DNA from: Lama glama
Lineage: Eukaryota
DNA length: 64,000 bases
NCBI GenBank assembly: GCA_028534125.1
Contig: CM052832.1
Coordinates: forward strand, 24,182,001-24,246,000
Direction of reading: 5' to 3'
The translations under genes were made by a program, and so were the position numbers. The notes below the pieces were generated by a model. The model was not told where the DNA came from, made no database searches, and was given only the letters and a program-made list of their open reading frames with translations. Numbering within the stretch: the stretch's first letter is position 1; each line of letters starts with the position of its first letter. Positions 12,480 through 26,140 of this stretch are shown here, one piece after another.

Positions 12480-12970
12480 TGTCTCTGCTAATTTATCTCT
12501 GTTTCTCCCCAGGTCCACTTTCCATCCTTCTCTGATCTGCTCAAAGGTTCAGAGGCTGTCCTCTGTGGACTTCTAGTGGGTTCCCTTATCCTCAGGCTCT
12601 CAGTTGGGTTCAGCCAATGGGAGGCTCTGGGAGCGATGGGAGGCTGTGAGGAAAGAGCTACTTTCCTGGTTCCCTTCCTGCCAGACCAGGGGTTGGCAGT
12701 ACTGTGCCCTTCTCTTGAAGGCAGCAGCTCCTGATGGGAAGCCAATCCTACAATTACTGCTACAGCTCTAGCCCTCCCTACCTCTTCCAGCTTAGGTGTT
12801 GGTCCAGGCTACTGGATTGACAGAACAGCTGTAGGCTGTTACCAATCCCAGGTTGTTCCACCATTTCTTGCTTGTTCCACATAACCCTTTATAAGGTTAT
12901 GATCAATCATTTCTTCATTAAACGCTCCTTGATTTGAGTGAGTTATCTGTTTCCTGTCAATTCCCTGTTG
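12480..12970 (+). mobile_element. LTR33-like ERVL solo LTR (second copy)
   Basis: ccaggtccactttccatccttctc...cagttgggttcagccaatgggagg...cattaaacgctcc...atctgtttcctg. Confidence 0.72.
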
Positions 12971-13589
12971 AAATTAACTCATACTTTCTCATCCCCTCCC
13001 CTCTTCCAACCACAATTTTTGTTAGTTCGTATGGAATTTTAGATAGGATTTCATAGTTTTCAATTATTATTATTATCATTTATATTAAGCTGAGATTTTT
13101 GTCTGTAGGAAATATTAATGATACTTGCATTTCATTTCTTCAGTCATACTTATTAATATTATTTAGAATAACTTTTGTTCAAATGGTTTGAAGGCTCATT
13201 TTTAGTGCTTCTATACTGGGTCTACTCTGCTCTTGAATACTTCGGTTAATCACTCAGTTACCTAGAGTAGTTGTCAAAAAGAATATATGAGTTGTATATT
13301 TTAAAAGTCATTGCATAGCTTAAAATATCATTCTGTTCCCTTCTCAGAACAATACTTTGGCTTGGTATAAAATTCATGAATCACCATTCCTTCAAATCCT
13401 CAACATGTTTTTTTCCAATATCTACTATATTTTAAGATAGTGGGGAAGTAGTCTGGGGACAACCTAATTTTTCTTTGAGGCCCAGTATGACCACCCTCTT
13501 TCCCATTGCTGCCATCCAAAATTTCAGGGAAGAGTTCTTATATTTCAGAGAACCCCTCTTCCTTGCCCGTCTCTCTCCACCTCCCCCCA

Positions 13590-13590
<1 letters not shown>

Positions 13591-13640
<50 letters not shown>
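13591..13640. repeat. (AC)25 microsatellite
   Basis: Perfect dinucleotide run, counted directly. Confidence 0.98.
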
Positions 13641-13643
<3 letters not shown>

Positions 13644-13689
13644 CTTACTTTAAGAACGTGAAAATATTCTGCTCTTCAAATTTCCCTAT

Positions 13690-14040
13690 GAGATTTATCA
13701 TTCAGTAATGTTTCTTGCCTGATTCCTTCTTTACCATGATGTTTGCAAAATGACGATTTTCCAACTTTTACTTCTTGGTCTCTGGCATTCAGCTGTAAGC
13801 AAGAGCCTTCTCTTCTCCCTGAACTATTTATGTATCTATTTGTTATCAGTATGGATGCATGATTTCCTATTTTTTCCATGGTTTACATTTCATTACTCTT
13901 TTTAATTATGTTCATGTTCAGATGTTCCCAGATCTGTCCAGTGGGAGCCCTTTCAATCTGAGACCCCCTCTCTTGACATTTAATTGCTTATTTCCAACAA
14001 AATTAAGATGCAAGGAATAAGATTCCTAAGCTCAAATCAC
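13690..14040 (-). mobile_element. Old L1 (L1MC/ME-like) 3' UTR fragment
   Basis: atcagtatggatgcatgatttcctatttt...gttcagatgttcccagatctgtccagtgggagccctttcaa. Confidence 0.55.
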
Positions 14041-14353
14041 CAGCCTGTCCTGGAAGCTACCATCCTTTCTTCACTGTATATTTCCCCATAGCCAGAATGG
14101 ACATTAGACAGCAGTCTACTGAGTTCATCCTGTATTTCTTCAAGTCTTTTCTGATGAGGTATTCTTTTGGATACTGATCGCTACAAGCTTCTGTATATAC
14201 TCACGTGTGTCTAAATTAGAGAAATCTGTAGATATGACTTTTTTTTGTTAGATCACCATAAAGCAAGATCTGACATTTTGAACATAAGTTCAAATGTGCT
14301 TATGCAAAAATCCGTCTAAAAATACAAACCTTATGGTTGCACAGTCTAATGCT

Positions 14354-14391
14354 GTGTGTGTGTATGCGTGTGTGTGTGTATGTGTGTGTGT
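14354..14391. repeat. Imperfect (TG)n microsatellite
   Basis: tgtgtgtgtgtatgcgtgtgtgtgtgtatgtgtgtgtg. Confidence 0.9.
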
Positions 14392-14842
14392 CTGCGAATG
14401 CATGGGCATGTCCACTATGGTTGGAAAACACTCAGGGAACAAGCTGTCCCTATTAAAAAAACACAGTGAAAGTAGCATTTGGGTGCAACTGGTTATCAAA
14501 ACCAGACTAAACTTGATGCTTGCAAGTGGTTGTTGCTGGGATCAGTGAAGTCCAGCTGAACACAGACGAGGGAAGAAGCTGGAATGAATTAGAACTGAAG
14601 CCAAGTCCAGGCTAGAGGCTAGATGTCAGGTACAAAACAGAAGGATCTGGTCTCCAGGTCAGGGAGAACCAGAGGTGGAAGCAGCCCAGTACCCTGGATA
14701 GCTCCCTGAGCAAAGCGGCTTTGCTAGGCAAATTGGGGCTTTTCTTCAGATTCTTTGCTCCGTCTGGAATTCTCAGGTGCTTAAAAGCTCTTATCCTCTT
14801 TGTCTTCCCCTTCTCCCTCTAACCAGTCTCGTGACCATTTCT

Positions 14843-15345
14843 TGTGATGGCTGATTTTTTTGTGTCAACTTGACTGGGCCATGGAACACCCAGATAATTG
14901 ATCAAGCATTATTCTGGGTGTTTCTGTGAGGATGTTTCTGGATGAAATTTCCATTTGAATCAGTAGTCTGAGTAAAGCAGATTGCCCTTCCTGGTTGGGG
15001 GAGAGGCTCATCCAGTCAGTAGGGAGCCTGATAGAACCAGAAGGCAGAACAAGAGGGAACTCTTCTCAACCAAATGCCTTCAGCAAGGCATCAGTTTTTT
15101 GTTTTTTTTTCCCCCTGCCTTCAGACATGAACTGAAACATCATATCTTCTTGGATTTGAAGCCTACCAGCTTTGGGGCTAGAACTCACACCATCAGCTCT
15201 CCTGGGTCTCCAGTTTGCTGACGGCAGATCTTGCGACTTCTCTGCCTCTATGATTGCATGAGGCAATTCCTTATAATAGATAACTAGATAGAGAGATAGA
15301 TAGATAGGCAGATATCCTATTGGTTCTATTTCTCTGGAGAACTCA
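14843..15345 (+). mobile_element. MLT2-family (ERVL) solo LTR
   Basis: Starts tgtgatggctgatttttttgtgtcaacttgactgggcc, has an internal GATA tract, and ends cctattggttctatttctctggagaac. Confidence 0.88.
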
Positions 15346-16470
15346 ATTTCAATTCTCTTAAGAGCTTTTGCAATTTTTACATGGAGAGAGAGGGTCTCTC
15401 ATGGAATATTCACATCTTTAGAGGGATCTTCAAAACCTAGAATCAGGACCCTGGGACATAGCATCAAACAAACAAACAAGGAGAATTAACGGCATTTCCC
15501 TCCTTACCTCCATGGGAGTATTTGCAGCTGAATGTCGTCTCTCGAGACATCTTCCTGCATGCATGAGAAGCATGTGAGTGCCTGAAAGGACCATGAGCTA
15601 CAGCCCACAAGCTTATTTTGACCCTCTCCTGCCATTCAGCCTGTGACACACAGCAGGCAGCCTGAGCCGGCACCCAGAGTTCCGCGGCTCTCCCTTCCCA
15701 GGGAGGCTGCCACATGTCACCAAGAGCTGCAGTTGGCTCTCACACATTTTGCATAATCAGTTTCTATTCTGTCGTGTTCTCTCACACATGGTGCTTGGAG
15801 ACTTCTGGAAAATAGAGAACATTTTTCAGTTCAGATGAGTAGCATAATTTTACGTTGTGTTCAGACTGTTTGGTAAATGAAGTCAATTACTCATAAATCT
15901 GTCAGATGAAGAGAAAGACACAGAGATGAGTGGAACTGGTTTTGAGATAAAGAGACCACCCCCTTTGTCTTCCTCCCCCGGAGATGAGCAGTGATCCCCA
16001 CCATGGCCCTGGGAGTTGATGTTTGCTTTCAGGTTTCTGACTTAAAGAATCTGCTGCATGGGTTTCTGCAAGAGCTTTTAAATATTTCTCTCCTTTTAGT
16101 ACATTCCACAGACTACAAGCCTCTCCCTGATCAAACTTCTGAAAGCATCATTTACTGCTTAGCTCAGAGACCCAGTTTTATCACTGACTAGCTACCCAGT
16201 CTATTACCATCGCGCCTTCTCTGAGTCTCACTTCTCTGAAAAGTAACAATAGGATCATAATGTTGTCACTTCCTTGAAGGATTGTTAGGCAGATTCGCTG
16301 AAAGATTGTATGTGAAGGGCCTTCTAAATGATCAAGTCCTAGCAAGTGCTCCTTATTTCTCAAAATCTTTCTATGGCTTCTCATTACCTGAAGTTCAAAC
16401 TCTACCCTGGAACTTAAACATCTCCAAGACCCAAATCCACCCACACACACTTTTGTTGTTTTGACTTTCT

Positions 16471-16681
16471 TTTTTTTTTTAATTGATGTATAGTTGATTT
16501 ACAATGTTGTATTAGTTTCTGGTGTGCAGCACAGTGACTTAGTTACAAATATATATATTCTTTTTCATTGTAGGTTATTACATGCTGTTGAATATGTTCC
16601 CTGTGCTATACAGTAGGACCCTGTTGTTTATTTATTCTGTACATAATAGTTTGTATCTGCTAATCCCAAACTCCTAACTTA
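16471..16681 (-). mobile_element. Short 5'-truncated L1 3' end with perfect 14-bp TSD
   Basis: PolyT then aattgatgtatagttgatttacaatgttg. TSD TGTTTTGACTTTCT at 16457-16470 and 16682-16695. Confidence 0.92.
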
Positions 16682-18278
16682 TGTTTTGACTTTCTATTAC
16701 TACCAGATATGAACCTCATTTTCCAGCTGGACTTGTGTCTCCACAGTCTCATTGGGTGTGGCTGGTGGAGAATAATAAAGTCCAGAGAAAGTCAAGACAC
16801 TGAGGAAACATGGCAGGAGCACCAGCTGAGTGGGCTCCACTGAGATTTCAATAAACAGTTTAGACGTAGATTTTTTTTTCTCACCTGACTCACAGTGGTA
16901 GCGCGCCAGCTCAGCACCTCATCTTGGCAAAAATGACCATGGCATGACTTCCAGCTATTACTGTTTTCCAACTGTGTGACCTTAGGACACTCACTCTAAC
17001 TTCCTACGATTTCCTTTCTTTCCCTGTTAAAACTTTGAATGTTACCAGATTGTTGGGAGGAGTTGATGAGGCAATGCATGTTAAAAATAAAGTTGAAGGA
17101 AAACGTTAAAGTATTATACAAACGTTGGTTTGCCCTGAATGGATCATCATGAGGACTAGAGAATTCTTCACGCTTGACAGACACCTGCAGCACCGTTCTT
17201 TTGATCAACAAATCCTTGTGTAATCCCTAGGGTAGACGATTCCGTTATTCCCTCGATCGATCTGTCCTCAGATGTCATAAGCAGGACCATTCTAAGGGCA
17301 GAGAAGAAGTCGTTCAACAATCAAAGAACACTAATTTCCCCTAAATTTGGAGAGCAGATATTGTCCATGCAGGCGATTGCCTTGCCTCCAAGCGCTCACA
17401 GGTGCTTCAAACCTCTTTCCATCTTCAGCCGGCTTTGGATCATCCAGAGACTGTTCACTCTGGTGCTTTGTTTTTTTCCCTCTTCTTGCCATTCCCTATC
17501 CATTAGCATACCTCCCCATGGGAGGACCAGGAAAGAGGACAATGATTAATTCAAATGAGTCAATAAGAGTACTTTTTGACAACCTAAGCTGGTGAAAGAG
17601 CAGGTCAGATAAGGTGTGGTCTGTGAGCACTCTGTGAATTTCAGTCATCTCTCACCATCCTTCTGCCTTCAACATAACTGTGAGTAACTAGACACGGACT
17701 GTGTCAGGGCCCCTCTTGTATACAAATTCAGCCACAAAGTGCAAGGGTCCCGCCACCCTTTTACAAATAATGAAATGTTGCTCATCTACTTAGAACTGCT
17801 CTTTTGACCTTATGAACTTCAGTCCTGGGAACAGGAGCCACCCAGAATGTGGCTGTTCTGGGGCGATTGTCTTCATAACAGAAGCAAGCAGATCCCAAGA
17901 GAAAGGGCAAGTACCTTTCAGCCCAAACCAGACAGAGGTCGTGTCTTCTTCACCTGACTTGCATTCAGTACGCACACTTCCAAGGTGCATTTGCTCCCCT
18001 GAAAACGAGCTGCCCAAACATCTGTGGGGAGACAAAGGGAAACATGGGGATGGAACCCAGAAATGAATATTTCAGCAGAAACGTGGGAAGAAGTACACTG
18101 CAACTTGCAAACAGCCTTCTGTAGCGCATGCCATAAATTAACACAATATAAATTTATACATATTTACACCACATAGTCTCTAACTATATAAATCCTCAAT
18201 ACTCAGACTTGTGGGGTAGGTGTAAGAGAACAGTCCATATGTTTATTCATGTTCTTTGGAGCTCTAGGGAACTCGATG

Positions 18279-18283
<5 letters not shown>

Positions 18284-18327
<44 letters not shown>
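18284..18327. repeat. (AC)22 microsatellite
   Basis: Perfect dinucleotide run. Confidence 0.98.
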
Positions 18328-18329
<2 letters not shown>

Positions 18330-19979
18330 TAACTGAAGGTGATTCTAAATGTTTAAATCAAATTAATGCCTGACAACAAAACTCTTAACTTTAGAAGTTG
18401 TCCTCTTTTTCAAAGATATTCACAGCCACAGAGAATTTTAGTTTTATTTAACTGAGCATTCACCTAGTTGCCTTATGGATATCCAAACATCAGTAAATAG
18501 TTACTGATGTACACATAAAGATTGTGTGGAGTAAGTTTTTAGTAATGGAGAAGACAATTTCAGTGATTTTCCCCTAAGCTTTCCCATTGCATGAAGGAAA
18601 GCAGGATTGAAATATAAGATTTTGTCATTTCTCCTTGACGTTCCTTAGCTGATGAGGGACACTGTGATATCTGGGTAGCAGGGGAAATCACTGAAACCAG
18701 AGTCAGAATAGATGAGTTCTACTCTGGGCTTTGCGATTTGCTGGCGGATCTCCTTGGACAAGTCCCTTCATTTCCCGGAGACTCATACCCTTGGGAAGAT
18801 AGTAACATCTGCTCTGAGCACCTCAAAAAATGGCAGGAATCAATGATACAGTCAATGTGAAGGTCTTGGCAGCTGTAATGTTTTTACACGTACTGTCAAG
18901 TCATTGTTATGGGTTCTTTCATAATCTGCTGCTAAGCAAACAAAATGCATTCAGTTTCTTTAACAGCTTTCTTAGGAGAAATCTACAGCCGAGCTGCTGT
19001 TGACACTCTTTGTTTCAGAAGAATGCCATCCACAATGGTCAGGGAAGCACATCCCAGCACCAACTGCCAGCTTGCTTTGGCACACGCATGTGTGTGGGCA
19101 GGGATTGTCAATGTGTCTTGGACTTTGCCCAATACCCAGTGGGCACTCATTAAATACAGAGTAACAGTAAGTATTCTAGGGGAAAATGGCCGTCTGACAC
19201 AAATAAGACAGCAATTTCCCCACATGTCACTACATAAAGGTATAGCAGATGTAAAAGTGAGCAGCGCCTCTATGTCCTGGCAGGCACCAAAGAATCACAA
19301 TAAAGCAGAATTACACTCATCTTAGCCAAAGTAACAACTGCTACACAATGAAGAGTAGAAACTTCATCTCTGCTTTGCTTTACACTGGCAGTGACTGGAA
19401 CCCTCTTCAGATGATGCCTCATCTCTGTTTCTGTATAACTCATTTCTCCCACTTGGTGTTTGAGATTACGTTAGTGATACACTGTCTAGGGGTTGGACAA
19501 CGTACCTTCTGCTACCTCCCCGCATCCTTAAAGGTATGGGAAAGGGCTACACATCGCAGAGATGCCCTTAGACTCCATGTAATAGCCAGGACATCAGCTG
19601 AGGATCATGTAGAATAACTGAGTGATGCTCTGTCCATCTGGACGCCATGGTCCACCACCACCGTCACCACCACCGCCGCCACTGTGAGTAATGGAGCAGT
19701 AAGAGGCACAGCAGAATCACCCAGCCCCAAGCCCAGTGAGATCAGTGAGGCCTCTTTTTGAGGAATAGAGTTTGGCATGTGTAGAAAACAGGAGCCACAC
19801 CAACAGAACATACAGGAACACCATTTTAGAGCAAAGCCCCACCCAGCCTCATCCCTAGGAGTGAAGGAAGGACCACATGTGAAAGAACAAAGATATTTTT
19901 AAAGTTCTCTTTCTCATACTTCTTGTTTTACTCCACCCACAGTGTTCTGGGGGTTAAACAGTGAAGTTGAGAATGCTCA

Positions 19980-20135
19980 ATCTGGAGTAACATTTTTAAT
20001 TTTGGGATCATAGATCTCTTTGCTAATCTGATGAAATCTATGGATTCCCTTTTTTAGAAAAACACATGTGACACAAAATTACAAATACCATTTTGGAAGG
20101 CTGATCTGCTTGTAACCCTGTTTAAGAGTTTAGCT
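19980..20135. mobile_element. hAT-Charlie MITE (MER117-like)
   Basis: tttgggatcatagatctctttgctaatctgatgaaatctatggattccc...agaaaaacacat. Confidence 0.5.
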
Positions 20136-20217
20136 CTGAGAAGTCAAGGGAAAGACAGCAAGGAGTGATGATTTATTAGGTTTATTTTTTCTATAGGGCT
20201 AAAGTGGAGAAGGAGAG

Positions 20218-20669
20218 TGTATTAGTTTTCTATGGCGGCTATAACAAATTATCACAAACTCGGTACCTTAAAACAACACAAATTCATTGGCTTACAATCC
20301 TGGAGATCAGAAGCCTAAAATTGTTCTGCAGGGCTATGTTCCTTCAGGAGGCTGTAAGGGAGGATCTGTTTCCTTGACTATGCCAGCTTTTAGAGGCTGC
20401 TCAAAGTCCTTGATTCAGAGCCCCGCTCAGTTCCCCCTCTGCTTTCATCATGATATCTCCTTCCTTGATTCAGACCCCCTCCACTCCCTCTTATAAGGGC
20501 CCTGCGATTGCAGCAAACCCACCTGGATAATCCATGATAATCTTCTCATCTCAGGATCCTTAACTGAATCACATCTGCAAAATCCCTTTTGCCAGGTAAG
20601 GCAGCACATTCACAGGTCCTGAGATTTAGCAGGTAGACATCTTTGGGGGCCATTATTCAAACTACCACA
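20218..20669 (-). mobile_element. MLT1 (C/D-like) MaLR solo LTR
   Basis: tgtattagttttctatggcggctataacaaattatcacaaac ... acatctttgggggccattattcaaactaccaca, the antisense of an MLT1 LTR with TG..CA ends. Confidence 0.88.
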
Positions 20670-22448
20670 TGGTGCTTCAAATGTTTTCCTTTGCAGAGGA
20701 CCACCTGATAAAGTTGACAGGGGTTCAGGGCAGAAGAGCTAGCCAGAAATTGAAAGTAGGCATTGAATTATCATGTCCTCCAAGCTTCTATCCTCATGGG
20801 AGTTACCGAATGAGACCCACATCTGGGCAATGGGAAGAAATTACGGCACTGCAGTGCCTGAGAATGCATGATTCCCTTTTCATCCCTGGCTCCAGAAGGA
20901 ACTTGGTCTCACCATGTCTTGAATGGGACCATACAAACTAGATTATTGATAACTTTAGATGGCTCCAGCACAAAAAGAAAAGGGAGAGCCAAGGGGCTGC
21001 TCAAGCTAATTGAGATTGTGCACTTAGTCAAAATAAGTTACACCACTCCTCTCAATTTTCGGGATCTTTGAAAGTCATTTTTCCTTAAATTTTCAAAATA
21101 CCTAGATAATCTCCTTAGCTATCCCCTTCACTTTGTCTGGATAGATAGGATAATGTACAAGCCAGCATCTGAATGTAGAGAAAAAGAAATGAACATGGGC
21201 CATAATATGTTAGGACTTTACAATTACCTGAAGGAAATTTGCAGATTTCATATAACACTAAGAGTGCTATTCTTAGCAAAATTCACACTTGGTATGCTCA
21301 ATTTCAATATGAACTCAATATTTGAGGGAAAAGGAATTAAATCAGCATTTGGGTGGTTGTTTTCTTTTCTGATCTACACCAGACTGGTATGTCTGGATCC
21401 TGTGATCAAGATAGAATGTCATTATCCTGGTTTTTGTCTGTGACCTGTCAGAGCGGACGATTGGGTTTGAACCGAAAGGCAGCACATATGCTTCTGAAAT
21501 GCTTAATTGTAGCAACACAGAAACACTGAATAAGCTTCGTGTGGGAAATGTTGTCAGTTCTCTTCCTAAGCCCTTCAGTGTTAAAACTGGGCAAAAAATA
21601 GATGGTCGAGCAAAGGCTGTTGTTTCCCTGATGTTCTCAGAAGCCAGTTCCCAGTTCTTGGCTCAGTCTTACTGCTGAGTTTGAACTGAGACTGGTGAGC
21701 AGATGAATGCCATACAGTCTCCCACAGTGGAAGTTGAATGTAGGCTTTGCATCTTTCTAGAGCATTGCACTGAAGTGCTGTTGAGCTGGCTCTTTTGCTT
21801 TAAATGGAAAACCCTCCAGGGAAGTTTTGTGTACTCTAAACATGATCTCTGTCAGATCAGATAATAGGATCTGTGTGAATGTAATACAAAAGAGAGAGAG
21901 AGAAAAAAAAAGAGGGGGGTGCATGGTAATGCAGATTAGAAATTATTCGGCTGAGAATTTCATTTACTGAAGCACGTAATATAAAAATGCCACTCTCTCA
22001 ACTGCCGTTTTATTGTGATTTCTCAAAGCTTTGGGGAAGATTATTTTTAAAACAAAACCAGTTTAACTCTCCAGAAGTCGGGTTGATAAGCAAAACTTAA
22101 AATGTGCTTCCCACAAATACTCATCTACACTATGTATATTTTTTAACTGTACATGTTTTGCAGATAGACTTGAAGTAAACAATACTGCATATGAGTATCA
22201 CTAATTTCACTTGGATAATCAAGGAGTAATTGATTTGAAAGGGGGTCTTTTAAAAAAAAAGAGATACAGAAAATATTTGTATATTCTAACTTAATGATTC
22301 AAAAGAGACAATGCATAGAATGAGGATGCTAATTTTAGAACTATGGTAACTAAAAGAGACAGTGTCATGAAATTCCATACATGCCAAGAATGTTCATCTT
22401 GACATATCTAAACATGTTAAGAATGTTAGTTCTTGTCATATTCCTTCT

Positions 22449-22873
22449 TGTATTAGTCAGGGTTCTCCAGAGAAACAGACCACTAGGAGACAAGTAGATA
22501 GAGGACAGATGATAGATAGGTAAGTAGGTAGATAGGTATGTAGGTAGATAGATAGATAGATAGATAGATAGAAAGAAAGAAAGATTTATTATGAAGAACT
22601 GGCTCACGTAATTATGGAGTCTGACAAATCCTAAGATCTGCAGTTAGTAAGCTGAAGACCCAGGAAAGCCAACATTGTAGTTCCAGTTTGAGTCTGAAGG
22701 CAAGAAAAAAAACCTCAAAGGCAGTCAGGCAGAAGGAATTCCCTCTTACCACAAGGAAGGTCAGCCTTTTGTTCTCTTCAGGCCTTCAACTAATTGGATG
22801 AGGCCCACCCACATTAGGGAGGGCAATCTGCTTTACTCAATCTACTGATTCAAATGTTAACCTCATCCAGAAA
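22449..22873 (-). mobile_element. MLT2 LTR lacking its 5' end, with an internal (GATA/GGTA)n tract
   Basis: tgtattagtcagggttctccagagaaacag...gagggcaatctgctttactcaatctactgattcaaatgttaacctcatccagaaa. Confidence 0.88.
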
Positions 22874-23220
22874 TTTGCTATCCATACAATGGAATATTAT
22901 TCAGCAATAAAAAAAGAATGAAGTACTGATACATGCGACAACATGGATGAACCTTGGAAACACTATGCTGAGTGAAAGAAGCCATTCACAGTATTATTTG
23001 ATTCCACTTGTATGAAATGTCCAGAGGAAGCAAATCTATAGAGACAGAAAGTAGATTAGTGGTTCCTTAAGGCTGAAGGGAGGGTGTGGGATGGGAGGAT
23101 GGGGGAATGATAACTAAAGTGCAGGGGATTTCTTTTAGAGGTGAACAGTATAGTCTAAAAAATGGTAGTGATGGTTGCACATATCCATGAATATACTGAA
23201 ACCCAGTGAATTATACTTGG
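22874..23220 (+). mobile_element. L1MB-like 3' fragment
   Basis: atccatacaatggaatattattcagcaataaaaaaagaatgaagtactgatacatgc...gcaaatctatagagacagaaagtagattagtggtt. Confidence 0.88.
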
Positions 23221-23224
23221 ATAT

Positions 23225-23570
23225 GTGCTATGCTAGAAATAAGCACAGGATGCTCTGGGAGCTGATGAGAAAGTTAGGGAAAGCTTTGTGGAGGAGGTGA
23301 TACTTGAGCTGGATCCTAAAATGTAGGTAGAAAATTGGCCTGTTGGAGAGAGAGGGAGAAGAGGGAATGTAAAAAAGACAAAAGAAGTAGGGTATTAACA
23401 CCAGAGGGGATCACATGAGCAAAGATGGGAGAAAGTAGTAGTAATGGAAGTTTACTCTTCTGAACATGACAGTGGTGGGACTGGAGAGTTTGGGAAAGGC
23501 TGGAATAAGAATTTGATGTAATGTATATGGACCTTGGACTATAGGTTAGGTGCATCCTGGGACACCACAA
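23225..23570 (-). mobile_element. L2 fragment
   Basis: agggaaagctttgtggaggaggtgatacttgagctggatcc, a purine-rich antisense L2 motif. Confidence 0.6.
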
Positions 23571-24219
23571 ACACTATTGCATGTTTGATCCTTAGATAGC
23601 ATCTATATGTGCTTTAACCAAAAACATGTGCTATCATAGCAGCAGTGCCTGTAGAAGACTATTGAACTTACCAGGTCAAGAAATACAGCACAGAGCACTA
23701 ATTGGCTACATTAAATATGAAGAGGTGTAGCCACTGTATCCCATATATACCTTAAATTCACGAACAAGCCATCCTCTTCCACCACTCCTTTCCGGAAGCC
23801 CTCTTCCTGTTTCTCCTCCCGTCTTTCTTGTTTCACCTGGAAGCCCCAAGTTAAAAAGATAGGAGTCAATTTAGGGGGGGAAAGTGTTAAGATATATAGC
23901 ATAATATGGCTGGCACACACAAAAAGTTGCATGTGTATTAAAACATGCAAAGGTGTCCCCATTAAGTCTAGAGGAGAACCTGGCCAGATAAAAAACAATT
24001 TTTTCAAGCAAGAACAGTGTTGAAGGGCATACAGAAAAGAGTACAATAATAATAAGAGTGGATGCATTTGTAGATATTACAAGACATAATTATGCTGCTG
24101 CTATGGCTGTGCAGTAATTATTGCTGACCTGCTTTACATTTTTAAAGTCCTTTAAATGTGCTTCCAAAAAACAGTATTTTAAAATAAGTTTTAAAACACA
24201 TAAGAGCTGAAAATACTGC

Positions 24220-24560
24220 TTTCAGTTATGGCGTTTATTAGAATAATTAAAGCTAACTGCAGCAACAGACAAATTCCTGTCTCTCAGAGATTGAGTACAA
24301 TAAAGGCTTGTTTCTTTCTTATATAAAATGTGATATAATTTCCTCTTGAAGCTCTGTCATCTGGAATGTGTGTTGTCCAGTGGGAGAGAGGGATAGAAGA
24401 GACATTGAGCTATTAACAGCCTGAGCCCAGAAGTTTCACCTATCACTTTCGTTCCCAATCCGTTGGTCAGAACCAGTCATGAGGCTCCAATCTAACTCAA
24501 GGGAGGTTGGGAATACAGGACAGTGCAGGGAGTATTTAGTGAGCACTAATTGTTCCTGTT
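24220..24560 (-). mobile_element. Old MLT1 (J/K/L-like) LTR
   Basis: cccagaagtttcacctatcactttcgttcccaatccgttggtcagaaccagtcatg...ctaactcaagggaggttgggaa. Confidence 0.6.
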
Positions 24561-25859
24561 ACATGTGTGTATTAAAAGACAGGAGGCTAAAGGCTGGAAG
24601 ACCTCAGACTCGGGTTGGCAGCAAGCAATAACGAGCAGGGCACACATGAGATGGGTGAATTGGGGGTGACGAAAGGAAGACACGAAAGAAGAAAAGCCAA
24701 GACAACTAGCTGACAATTTTAGCTCTAAATATTCATCTTAGGAATTATCCAAGACAGTGAATTTCTCCCTCTTCCCCATGGCCATCCCTTCAAGTGTACC
24801 AGGGAGTGGGCTGAGTAAGGCAAAGAGAGAAAAGTATGAAAGGATAGAGATATTTTCTGTTTGTCAAAGGCCCAGTAGAGGACATAGAAACGTTTAAAGA
24901 AATGAGGGTGGAATTTGCTTACCCACATTCCTCCTGTTTTTCACTCTTGCAAATAACAGTAAGTAAATGCATTCTGTTCAGGTATGTGTGCGTCCTTTTT
25001 GTCCCACAATTCACTGTGATTGCCCAGCAGAGAGGGGTTATCTACATAGACTCATTTTGTAGAAGTGTTAGATGACCGTGGTGACCACAGTGACATTTAA
25101 TATCAGTATAAGATGACTATGTTGAGGAAACTGGACCACCTCATCTTCCTGCCAGACTCCCCCAGGTCATCTCATCACCAGGTTTCTTCCTTTTCTCTTC
25201 AGAAAGCACAGTATGTCCAAACCAGTGGTGATAACCACATTGGAAAGCCAGGCTGAGATAGAGAAAAAGGGAACATGCAATCATGGCCAATTCTGCTGCT
25301 TTCAGAGCACAAGTTGCCTCTGATAATTCAGCAAAATGGTCCTCAGGCCATCATCTCTGCGCAGCCAGCTTAATGAGTAGCCAACAGCTTGTTTCCTGTG
25401 GCTTCAATAAGACCCAAGTGAACCAATGGGTTTATCTTCCTGATCATAAACCAAGAGATACAACAGGTGGTGGTAACGTACTTTTCCTCAAGCTTAACTG
25501 AAAATTTAGTTTCCTTTGAAAACTTTTACACACTCTGGCAATGGGCATGGAGTCATTAGCTAGAATTCAGAACAGTTCTCTGCCCAGTGGATTATAGGAG
25601 AGACTGTCAAGAGTGACAAATGGATACATGGCCTGATGGACCCTTTTTGCAACTGGGACGCATACTTCCTAAACCCTGATTTAAAGGAAATAGCTCCCTA
25701 TTTCTGGGCCTGCAGTTACCTGTTTCCCCCCCATAAGGCTGTGTGTGTCTCAGGGAAAAAGATGTCTTATGCAATTTTGCACGTCCAGGATCTGCCACTG
25801 TCAGAAGCACAGCTGAAGGCCGGCAGACGGAGAAGGTTATACTTCTGATCCTGGGCTTT

Positions 25860-26140
25860 CAGATGCATAGTTAATTTTATTAAGTACATGAATGATGTCA
25901 GAAATCAGAAGTCTAAGGCGTAGTCCCTGTGAATAAAGAGTGAGAAGGAATCAGCCAAGCCAAGAGCAGCAGTACTCCTGGCAGAGGGGGCAGCAAGAGT
26001 AAAGGCTCTGAACCAAGAAAGAGCATATTAGAAGAACACAGACACACACAAAAGAGAAGCCATTGTGGCTTAGAGTATAGTGAGCGGGAGAGAGAGGAAT
26101 TAGATGAGTTGAAGAAGTAGACGGAGCCAGGTCATTCTTA
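25860..26140 (-). mobile_element. L2 fragment
   Basis: cctggcagagggggcagcaagagtaaaggctctg...agccattgtggcttagagtatagtgagcggg. Confidence 0.55.

Noticed and set aside
19650..19685. (CCA/CCG)n tract as a coding poly-amino-acid exon
   Set aside because: Short and imperfect, with no convincing flanking splice sites or extended frame.
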